A stretch of DNA of 64,000 nucleotides, taken from the NCBI GenBank assembly GCA_038321985.1, contig JBBQFN010000003.1:96001-160000 (forward strand), given 5' to 3'. A program made the translations under genes and the position numbers. The notes under the pieces were generated by a model that saw only the letters and a list, made by a program, of their open reading frames with translations, did no database searches and was not told the DNA's origin. Positions within the stretch are counted from its first letter, which is position 1, and each line of letters starts with the position of its first letter. This document shows positions 41,967-50,064 of the stretch, piece after piece. The DNA comes from Cyanophyceae cyanobacterium (GTDB taxonomy: Bacteria > Cyanobacteriota > Cyanobacteriia > Cyanobacteriales > Laspinemataceae).

Positions 41967-42754
41967 TGTTAATCCGTTCGATTTGGACTCTATCTGTCTC
42001 GGGTTCCACTGTTTTACCGCGTTCTTATCATTTAGAACTGGTCAAAAAACTGCATCGGCACATGGGGTTAGAAATGGGTGGGAATGAAACCCCTGATATT
42101 GCTTTTTCTTCCCTACAGGGTTATTACAGCAGTTCCAAAGAATTTTGCACCTTTCACCCGGAAGAGTTGTACAGTTTATCCCTGTGTGGATTGACCGAAC
42201 CAGCTTCTAAAGCGATCGCCAATCTGGACTTATCGGATACCCTCGAATTTTTGGGGGCTGAATTCAACATCAGCGATCGCCAAGATGAAACCACCAGTTA
42301 CGAACAGCTTTACACCACATTAGTCGCCAATGAACCGGAACCCGTTCGTCAGTTTAACTTGCACTTTAGCACCCCAACTGCTTTTTCACAGCAACAGGTT
42401 TATTTGCCGTTACCTGTTCCTGCTTTGATGTTCCAAAGTTGGTTAACACGCTGGAATGAATTTGGGCCAGTTTACCTGGGGAGTGATGAACTGATTGCTT
42501 ATTTGAGTCAGGCGATCGCCCTTTCCAGACATAAAATTTCCACTCGTTCATTTCAAGTTCATCGTAGTTCTATCAGCGGTTTTGTGGGGGATGTCAACCT
42601 GAAAATTCGCACCCGCGCCGATCCATTACTGGCAAATGTCGCTCACTTGCTCATTCGCTATGCCGAATTTGCGGGAACGGGCATCAAAACCCGCTTAGGC
42701 ATGGGACAAACTCATATAAACTTAACTCATCAGCAGACTACGAAGCATGATTAA
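41966..42754 (+). CDS. cas6: Cas6 pre-crRNA processing endoribonuclease
   Basis: F.TPTAF, GFVG, G-rich loop GTGIKTRLGMG; TAATG overlap with csm5. Confidence 0.93.
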   Translation: MLIRSIWTLSVSGSTVLPRSYHLELVKKLHRHMGLEMGGNETPDIAFSSLQGYYSSSKEFCTFHPEELYSLSLCGLTEPASKAIANLDLSDTLEFLGAEFNISDRQDETTSYEQLYTTLVANEPEPVRQFNLHFSTPTAFSQQQVYLPLPVPALMFQSWLTRWNEFGPVYLGSDELIAYLSQAIALSRHKISTRSFQVHRSSISGFVGDVNLKIRTRADPLLANVAHLLIRYAEFAGTGIKTRLGMGQTHINLTHQQTTKHD

Positions 42755-43922
42755 CAATCTCATCTCTACCGTCGGTACGAGCCTGTTAAAACCCAACTTA
42801 AAAGGACTGCCTTCATCGGAAAGTTATGAAAGTTGGTTGGAAAGACAACCCCCAGGCGATCGCCCGTATCTTTCTCTGGAATTAACTCAATCACTCAAAC
42901 AGGCATTAGAACATCAGGAATGGAAGCAGTTAGCGGAATTGTTGGCGACTATTCCAGCAACGGTTCGTTTGTGTGGAGCAGAAATTAATTCCATTACCGA
43001 CTTAATTTATCGGGGATATTGCGCGGAAAAATCTTTATTGGTCTTCTGTCATTCGGCTACTGATGAAGGACGCCAGATTGCCGAGGTTTTAGATTTTTAC
43101 TATAAGGCTAAGGGATATTTGACCCAGAAGCAGGAAATTGAACATCTGCAAGACAAAGACCCCAAACTGTTTCGGACCAAAGGACTGCGTAATTTGGCAA
43201 AAGAAGTGGGTAAAATTGTGCGAAAACAACAGGCTCAGTTCTGTGCAATTAATGCAACAGGTGGCTACAAAGCACAAATTGCTATAGCAGTGCTGATGGG
43301 GCAAGCCCTAGGAATTCCTGTCTATTATAAGCACGAGCTATTTAGCGAAATTATTGCGTTCCCGCCGATGCCCATTTCTTTAGATTTTCCGTTGTGGTTA
43401 GAAAAAAGTGGTTTGTTGACTGCTTTAGATAGAGGTGAAATTCTCACATCCATAGAAGTTGAAGAAGATTGGGATGAGCGCCTCGAACCCTTAGTTGAGC
43501 GAATTGAAATCGATAAAAAGGACTGTTTAGAACTCTCAGCAACGGGCCAAATTTTTCATGAAACATTTAAAGGGCGATTTGAGTCAGATTTAGACCGGAT
43601 CTTGCCACCGCCAGTCCCTCCTACCGAGAAAGTTAAACCTCGCTTACCTCACCATGACTGGGGTAATGCAGAAAACCCCATTCTTAATTTTCTTCAGAAA
43701 GTTATTAATAACTCTCCTTACGTTCGGGCGTGCCGCACTGACTATTGGAATCCGGATTTGCCTTCGCCCGTTTTGTTTCGGATGAAAGGAGAGGAAATCG
43801 AAGGGATTTTTAGTCAGGGAACTTGGACGGTAAAATTTATTATTGAAACATCATCCACAACAAGGGGACAGTCTTTAGCTTGTGTTGCCGATTTGAATCG
43901 CTCTCTTCAAAATTTTACCTGA
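42747..43922 (+). CDS. APE2256-family CARF protein with wHTH and an unassigned C-terminal domain
   Basis: STVGTS, AEINS, NATGGYK, YYKHE motifs; extra ~100-aa C-terminal domain. Confidence 0.8.
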   Translation: MINNLISTVGTSLLKPNLKGLPSSESYESWLERQPPGDRPYLSLELTQSLKQALEHQEWKQLAELLATIPATVRLCGAEINSITDLIYRGYCAEKSLLVFCHSATDEGRQIAEVLDFYYKAKGYLTQKQEIEHLQDKDPKLFRTKGLRNLAKEVGKIVRKQQAQFCAINATGGYKAQIAIAVLMGQALGIPVYYKHELFSEIIAFPPMPISLDFPLWLEKSGLLTALDRGEILTSIEVEEDWDERLEPLVERIEIDKKDCLELSATGQIFHETFKGRFESDLDRILPPPVPPTEKVKPRLPHHDWGNAENPILNFLQKVINNSPYVRACRTDYWNPDLPSPVLFRMKGEEIEGIFSQGTWTVKFIIETSSTTRGQSLACVADLNRSLQNFT

Positions 43923-43965
43923 AGACGCCTTAAACTTGATGCCGTTTAGTTCAATAATTTGTAGA

Positions 43966-45231
43966 ATGACCATGAAAGCGATTTCATTTTTAGGCTATAA
44001 TTCCAACGGATATACAGAAACCACTTATCTGAATACTACGGGAGAATTGAAATACAAGACTCAATTTTTTCAAGAGGCATTAGTTGAGTTTTATCATCCC
44101 GAAGTGTTGTATGTCTTGCTGACCAAAACAGCAGAAACAGGAATTCCTAAAGGAGAAACCATCTCCAGTTGGGAAACCCTTCAAAAACGATTAGAGGGTC
44201 GGGTAAATTTGCAGCCAATTTTTAATGTCCCTGAAGGACATACCCAAGCCGATATCTGGAACTTGTTTAATCTATTAACCGGCTGTTTACAACAAGACGA
44301 TCGCGTCTTGTTTGATATCACTCATGGGTTTCGCTCTTTACCCGTCCTCTCCTTAATCGCCGTTAGTTTCTTGCGAGTGGTTCGGCAAGTCAAAATTGAA
44401 GGCTTAATCTACGGGGCATTTGATGCCAAAAATAAAGAAACTAACGAAACTCCTACCTTTGACTTGTTACCGATGGTTAGTTTGTTAGAGTGGACAACCG
44501 CAACGGACCAATTTTTGAAAACGGGGAATGGGCAGGAATTAGCCAGTTTGCTACGCCAGAGTGACGAGGAAGCTAATCAAAATTTAGCCCAAAGTATTAG
44601 TGCCATTTCTGGAGGATTGCAACTATTACGTCCGATGGATGTGATGGCTGAATCCGCAGCGTTATCGATTAACATTGAAAAAGCTGCTCCCAGTATTGCT
44701 CAGTCAGTCCCACCATTTGTTACCTTGCTGAAGCGGGTAGAACAAGATTATGGAAGTTTTGCCTTAGCCAATCCCACTGATTATACCACTCATGCTAAAG
44801 AAGGTTTATTGCAACAGTTAAAAATCATAAACTGGTATGCAGCTAAAGGGCAATTTGTCCAAGCACTTTGTTTGGCCCGAGAATGGTTACCTTCTTTGCT
44901 CTGCTATCATTTTAATCTTGATCCTTTGGTGAACTACCCCAATCGAGATGAAATGGAAACTTTACTCGCAGGTGGAAAAATCAAAGACTCCAAAGGGAAT
45001 ATCGTTAAAGAGTCTTCCTATTTAGAGGAATGGAATCAAATTCCAAAAGCGCAGAGGAAACAGTTGACGAACCTCTGGGGAGGAACTTTAAATTTTGCTA
45101 ACTTACGCAATGATATTCTGCACGCAGGATTCAGGAAAAATCCTAGAAATGCAAAACAAATTGAGCAAGAGGCAAAGCAAATTATTAAAGAACTTGAAGC
45201 TATTAAAAAGACTTGGAAGTTAGAAGAGTAA
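43966..45231 (+). CDS. csx1: Csx1/TIGR02221-type CARF-HEPN ribonuclease
   Basis: ISFLG, DITHGFRSLP, YGAF, REW, HEPN RNDILH (R-X4-H); start 43966 or 43972. Confidence 0.88.
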   Translation: MTMKAISFLGYNSNGYTETTYLNTTGELKYKTQFFQEALVEFYHPEVLYVLLTKTAETGIPKGETISSWETLQKRLEGRVNLQPIFNVPEGHTQADIWNLFNLLTGCLQQDDRVLFDITHGFRSLPVLSLIAVSFLRVVRQVKIEGLIYGAFDAKNKETNETPTFDLLPMVSLLEWTTATDQFLKTGNGQELASLLRQSDEEANQNLAQSISAISGGLQLLRPMDVMAESAALSINIEKAAPSIAQSVPPFVTLLKRVEQDYGSFALANPTDYTTHAKEGLLQQLKIINWYAAKGQFVQALCLAREWLPSLLCYHFNLDPLVNYPNRDEMETLLAGGKIKDSKGNIVKESSYLEEWNQIPKAQRKQLTNLWGGTLNFANLRNDILHAGFRKNPRNAKQIEQEAKQIIKELEAIKKTWKLEE

Positions 45232-45258
45232 AATTCCAAACCTGTTTGTTAAACCAGC

Positions 45259-45583
45259 GCGTCAGCAAACATCACGATCGCCCCGATCGCCTGTTTAACT
45301 GACGCACTCAACCCATTAACCCTCGGTTCTTTCGTTCAACCAAGTGGCGAGATCCGCTTCACTGGTAAAATCTAGCAGGGCCTCGCTCAACTCCTCTAAC
45401 CGGGGAGTCGGTAACTGTTGTACTGCCAAATCTAACTCGGAAGAAATGCCCCCACAACGGCGATTGAGTTGACGTTGAACCAGATACACAGTTGCTTGCC
45501 CGATCCCCTGTTCGATTCCTTGTTCCATCCAACTGGTGACGATTTCCATGACTCCCTCCTGTTCTTGGGGTAAAATGGTACTC
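45259..45583. repeat. ~325-bp direct repeat copy 1 (3' end of the Rpn gene plus flank)
   Basis: Highly similar to 46365-46713; the two copies bracket vapBC. Confidence 0.92.
45316..45549 (-). CDS. Stand-alone DUF4351-like protein equal to the Rpn C-terminal domain
   Basis: MEIVTSW..GIEQG..RQLNRRCG..LEELSEALLDF; keeps the GGAGGGAG RBS before ATG. Confidence 0.65.
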   Translation of the reverse strand: MEIVTSWMEQGIEQGIGQATVYLVQRQLNRRCGGISSELDLAVQQLPTPRLEELSEALLDFTSEADLATWLNERTEG

Positions 45584-45633
45584 GATATCTTAATAAAAAC
45601 CAGGTAAACTGTTTAGATAGGGTTAAGGTAATT

Positions 45634-45879
45634 ATGAAACTCAAAATAAAATCTAAAGTGGATGCGGAAGGTAAGCTATTTTTACAACTTCCTCCAGAAT
45701 TTGCTAATCAAGAATTAGACATCATTATTGATTCTGCTCAAGAAACAATTCCCACTCCAGAAGGCTTAGGTTATCCCGCTGATTTTTTTGAGAAAACTGC
45801 TGGAAAATGGCAAGGGGAAACTTGGGACAGAGAAAATTTAGGAGATTGCGATCGCAGAATTTGGGACGTTGAAACATGA
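45634..45879 (+). CDS. Putative VapB-type antitoxin
   Basis: Small beta-rich N terminus (KSKVDAEGKL.LQLP); ATGA overlap with the downstream PIN gene. Confidence 0.65.
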   Translation: MKLKIKSKVDAEGKLFLQLPPEFANQELDIIIDSAQETIPTPEGLGYPADFFEKTAGKWQGETWDRENLGDCDRRIWDVET

Positions 45880-46280
45880 TTTATTTATTGGACACAAATA
45901 CTTGTATTCAATATTTAACGGGACGCAGTGAAAACGTCACCCAGAAATTTAAAACTACTCCTCGTCAAAATATTGGTTTATGTGATGTAGTCAAGGCCGA
46001 ATTGTATTATGGAGCTTGTCGCAGTGCCAAAAAAGAACAAAATCTCGCTTTATATGAATTATTTTTTTCACAATATATCAGTTTGCCGTTTGATGGAAAC
46101 TCTGCTAAAATTTATGGAGAAATTCGTGCTGATCTTTCCAGGCGGGGAACTCCTATCGGAGCTTATGATTTACAAATTGCGGCGATCTCCTTAGCCCACA
46201 ATCTCATCTTAGTCACTCATAATACTCAAGAATTTCAAAGGATTCAAAATTTAAAACTTGAAGATTGGGAAATCCTATAA
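45876..46280 (+). CDS. vapC: VapC PIN-domain toxin
   Basis: YLLDTN, AELYYGA, PIG.YDLQIAA, LVTHN..EF.RI..L..EDW. Confidence 0.93.
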   Translation: MIYLLDTNTCIQYLTGRSENVTQKFKTTPRQNIGLCDVVKAELYYGACRSAKKEQNLALYELFFSQYISLPFDGNSAKIYGEIRADLSRRGTPIGAYDLQIAAISLAHNLILVTHNTQEFQRIQNLKLEDWEIL

Positions 46281-46421
46281 ATTCCCGCCGGTTAGGGCTT
46301 AGCCTGTCACCTCTTAAAAAATTCAAGATTTAATCATTGTTTCTGAGAGGTTTTTGCATGAAATGCGTCAGCAAACAGCACGATAAAACCGATCGCCTAT
46401 TTAACTGACGCACTCCACCCA

Positions 46422-47363
46422 TTAACCCTGGGTTCTTTCGTTCAACCAAGTGACGAGATCCGCTTCACTGGTAAAATCTAGCAGGGCCTCGCTCAACTCC
46501 TCTAACCGGGGAGTCGATAACTGTTGTACTGCCAAATCTAACTCGGGAGAAATCCCAGCACAACGGCGATTGAGTTGGCGCTGAACCAGAGAAACAGTTG
46601 CTTGCCGCATCCCCTGTTCGAGTCCTTGTTCGATTCCTCGTTCGATTCCTTCTTCCATCCAACTGGTGACGATTTCCATGACTCCCTCCTGTTCTTGGGG
46701 TAAAATGGTACTCAATTCTGCTTGAAATAGGGCTTGTTCTTCTGGATTTAAGCGGAGGTAAATATCGATAAATCCGGAAATTAACTGGGTTCGGGCTGGA
46801 TTCAGTTGTAGGTGATGCAGCATTCGCAAACATTCTAGCTTGACTCGGGGCCGATCGCCTCTTTCCATCCGCATTTTTGCCATCAATGCACAGCTGATCG
46901 CATTGTTGCAGTCCCGAAAATCTTGCCAATTCAGCCGATTTAATTGGATGACTTCATAGTTAAATCGGTTCACTTCTTTGCCGCAACATTCTACTTGATA
47001 GTAATTCGGATCCGGTCGTTGGGGTGTATCAAAGGATAGCACCGCGATCGGATAAATCCCCATCGCGTATTTTTCCAGCAATCGGCAGAAGTAAATAAAC
47101 ATCCGGCGGGGAAAGTTGGACTCGCTGCGTCCTTGATGTTCGAGATGAATCAGAATGGGAATTTTCCCATATTTCAGTTGTGCTCGGATGACCAGATCCG
47201 CTGCGTATTTCTCCCCAGAGGTGATGTCGGTAAAGAGTTCTTTATCTTGGAACGATAAAGAGTCCGGGTCTAGGGCGTTCCAGAGTTCGGGGAAAAACAG
47301 TTGCAAGAATTCGGGGAAGAAGGTTTCTAGGAGTTCTTTGAATAGGCGATCGTGGTCTATCAT
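46422..47363 (-). CDS. Rpn/YhgA-like PD-(D/E)XK nuclease with C-terminal DUF4351-like domain
   Basis: DHDRLFKELL..FF, ADLV..IHLEHQ, RMF.Y; C-terminal GIEQG repeats and LEELSEALLDF. Confidence 0.85.
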   Translation of the reverse strand: MIDHDRLFKELLETFFPEFLQLFFPELWNALDPDSLSFQDKELFTDITSGEKYAADLVIRAQLKYGKIPILIHLEHQGRSESNFPRRMFIYFCRLLEKYAMGIYPIAVLSFDTPQRPDPNYYQVECCGKEVNRFNYEVIQLNRLNWQDFRDCNNAISCALMAKMRMERGDRPRVKLECLRMLHHLQLNPARTQLISGFIDIYLRLNPEEQALFQAELSTILPQEQEGVMEIVTSWMEEGIERGIEQGLEQGMRQATVSLVQRQLNRRCAGISPELDLAVQQLSTPRLEELSEALLDFTSEADLVTWLNERTQG

Positions 47364-47503
47364 CGAGATTCTATGGGGAGTTGCACTTCTGATATTGTCT
47401 TCTATTTTAATATCAAATACTGTTTTTTATTATGATATATAGCGGTTCGGTGACTTGCCCTCCCCCCTATCCCGATCGCCTCTATTGAATCAAAATTCAT
47501 CGG

Positions 47504-47542
47504 TTCCGGTCCCCTCCCCTTGCCAAAGGGAGGGGACCGGAA
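47504..47542. repeat. Perfect 15-bp GC-rich hairpin (REP-like)
   Basis: TTCCGGTCCCCTCCC / GGGAGGGGACCGGAA. Confidence 0.6.
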
Positions 47543-47654
47543 GTGAGCTTGGATGTGAGGTAAATCCCTCGGAACGTAAAAAACTACTCTTGTAAGCCCT
47601 TTCCGTTGCGGTCATCAAATCCCGATCGCCTGCTGCCAATAATCCCAGCAATGC

Positions 47655-48259
47655 CCGCTCGCTAATCCATCCATGAGGCGCTCGCCTTGATTGCTTCCTC
47701 TTCCACCCGGTTGAAACAGACCGAAACTCCCCTGAACCGGGATGAACTGATGGGGGTGGAAGGGATTTGTGCCCGCGCCTATTACCAAGGACTGCGCCAC
47801 TGGTTTGCGCCTCAGTGAAATTTTACGGGGCGCAATCGTCGCCCTCCCCTGGACCCGATTAATGCCTTGCTCAGTTGGGGGTATGGGGTACTGCTGGCGC
47901 GGGTGTTTGCTGCCTCTGTGCAAGCGGCACTGGAACCCTATCGGCCCAATTTAGTGCTGGATTTGATGGAGGAGTTTCGCCCGGTGATTGTGGACCGCGC
48001 GGCCATTGCGATCGTTAAGTCGGAGATGTTGGACCCTCTGGATTTTGAACCCTCCCCGGATGGTGAGGGGATATGGTTGGGAAAAATGGCGAAAAAACTC
48101 TATTTGGGGGAGTTGGAACGACAATTTCGGACCCAGATGCTCTATCCGCCCCAAAATCGTCGCCTGATGTTGAGTCAGATTCTGGTGGAACAGGCGCGAT
48201 GGGTAGGGCGCTGTTTGGTGGAATCTTCCCTAGATTATGAGGCTTTTACCCTAAAATGA
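47655..48259 (+). pseudogene. cas1: cas1 pseudogene
   Basis: LMGVEG..AR.YY, RNRRPP.DP.NALLSWGY and DLMEEFRP are present, but the N terminus is missing, there is an in-frame TGA at 47816-47818, and the G..H catalytic segment is absent. Left boundary approximate. Confidence 0.88.
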
Positions 48260-48540
48260 CGGATTTTTGGTTAGTTTGCTATGACGTCCGGGACAACAAG
48301 CGCCGCACGAAATTGGCAAAGCTGATGGAACAGCGCTGTCAGCGAGTGCAGTATTCGGTGTTTGAGTGTCCCCTGGATGAGGAAACCCTTGCCGGGTTGA
48401 TTGAGAATCGCTGGTTGAAGGTGCTGAACCTGTCGGAAGACAGTCTGCGCGCCTATCCGTTGACTCGGACGGCGAAGAAGCAGGCGAAGATTTACGGCAG
48501 TCCTCCCCTGTATGAACCCCCGGATTATTTAATTCTGTGA
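48256..48540 (+). CDS. cas2: Cas2
   Basis: LVCYDV.D.KRR.KL.K....RVQYSVFEC, DSLR.Y. Confidence 0.95.
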   Translation: MTDFWLVCYDVRDNKRRTKLAKLMEQRCQRVQYSVFECPLDEETLAGLIENRWLKVLNLSEDSLRAYPLTRTAKKQAKIYGSPPLYEPPDYLIL

Positions 48541-48873
48541 AGGGTTTATCCCCGGGTCAAAGGGGGGAAGATTTCTCCAACCTTTGACCGGATAAGATTT
48601 CTGGCTGTTGTAACGGAATGTAAATCTTTCCCGAGATTTGTCCGAATCAGCTAGAGGGAGGATTCGGGCGCAATTTTGAGCTAGAAGGAGATAAAGCGGG
48701 TAATTTCCCGCTTTTTTATTCTCTCGGTTTGCGCTATTGTTGATTCATCGATTGATTTCCGTCAATCTTTCCCCGCTAAAGCAGCGCGTTAAGTTTTGTA
48801 ACGTTGACCCTCTGTACTTTGGCGCGATCCCACCTTAGAAAACTAGATAGTGCAAAGGTTTCAACAGGATAGA
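48541..48873 (+). promoter_or_regulatory. CRISPR leader region
   Basis: Non-coding stretch between cas2 and the first repeat. Confidence 0.55.
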
Positions 48874-49701
48874 GTTAATCCCTATCAATTCCCCGCAAGG
48901 GGACGGAAACAGGGCCTCTTTTGGCGAAGAGGCGTTGATGTAATAGCCTTGACCCGAGTTAATCCCTATCAATTCCCCGCAAGGGGACGGAAACTTAGTA
49001 AGAGCTTTCTGGAACTTAATTACATAAGCAGTTAATCCCTATCAATTCCCTGCAAGGGGACTGAAACAGGTAAATTTCACTACTACTGAAATTTTTGTGG
49101 CCTAGCCAATTCTGAATAAGTTAATCCCTATCAATTCCCCGCAAGGGGATGGAAACCAGTATTGACTGCCATCGGCGTTGGTCATCGTCTTACACCCCTG
49201 TTAATTCCTATCAATTCCCCACAAGGGGACGGAAACTCTACCATCTCGATTGCTGCATCGACCATTTCGGCGACGTCGGTCACTTGGTTAATCCCTATCA
49301 ATTCCCTGCAAGGGGACGGAAACACGACCTTGGCATGACAAGGAGAGGGCAAGCGAACGGCTGTGCTTAATCCCTATCAATTCCCCGCAAGGGGACGGAA
49401 ACCCAAAGTTATCGTAATCGTGGATAGCCCATTCCTCAGTTAATTCCTATCAATTCCCCACAAGGGGACGGAAACACGTATTGTGTATTGCCGCACCCGG
49501 CGTAGCCCTGAACCAGCAGTTAATTCTTATCCATTCCCCGCAAGGGGACGGAAACTACTCCAGCCCCAGTAACTTCTGTATCTTGGTATATCGTTAATCA
49601 CTATCAATTCCCCGCAAGGGGACGGAAACAGGAACTTGGGCATCTTAGCCCCATCATTCAGAGTGTTAATCCCTATCAATTCCCCGCAAGGGGACGGAAA
49701 C
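48874..49701 (+). CRISPR. CRISPR array: 11 repeats of 37 nt, 10 spacers of ~35-52 nt
   Basis: Consensus GTTAATCCCTATCAATTCCCCGCAAGGGGACGGAAAC with TCCCC/GGGGA hairpin and GAAAC 3' end, typical of cyanobacterial type III repeats. Confidence 0.98.
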
Positions 49702-50064
49702 TTCAGATTGTGGTAACCGGGGTGGATAGCTGCGTTCTGGCTAACTGTAAGACAAAACCTCGGTGTTGCTTCTCGGTGTACAATGCTTGCGCTTTCAACC
49801 CATCGTTTCTCACTTAATGCCCTACCGAATCTTTACAAACAAAAAGGCAACGGGGTAAGCGCCTACAAATCAACATTAGCTTTTTTCAAAAATTTATACA
49901 AATTCTATACTTATGCATCCTCCACTTCTCTTCCTCTGGTGTATGGACAAGGGGGGAGAGGGGGTTTATTCTCTTAGGTAATCTCCGCCCTGGAGCAGGG
50001 GTGAATGTTGACCGAATCGCCTGTGATGATGGGGTGTGCTTTACTGTTTTTTCAGATTACCGCA

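Noticed and set aside
47615..48154. ORFs 47615-47923 (-), 47769-47954 (+) and 47951-48154 (-)
   Set aside because: Shadow frames of the cas1 pseudogene
48850..49370. Short ORFs in the CRISPR array
   Set aside because: Translations of repeat-spacer units
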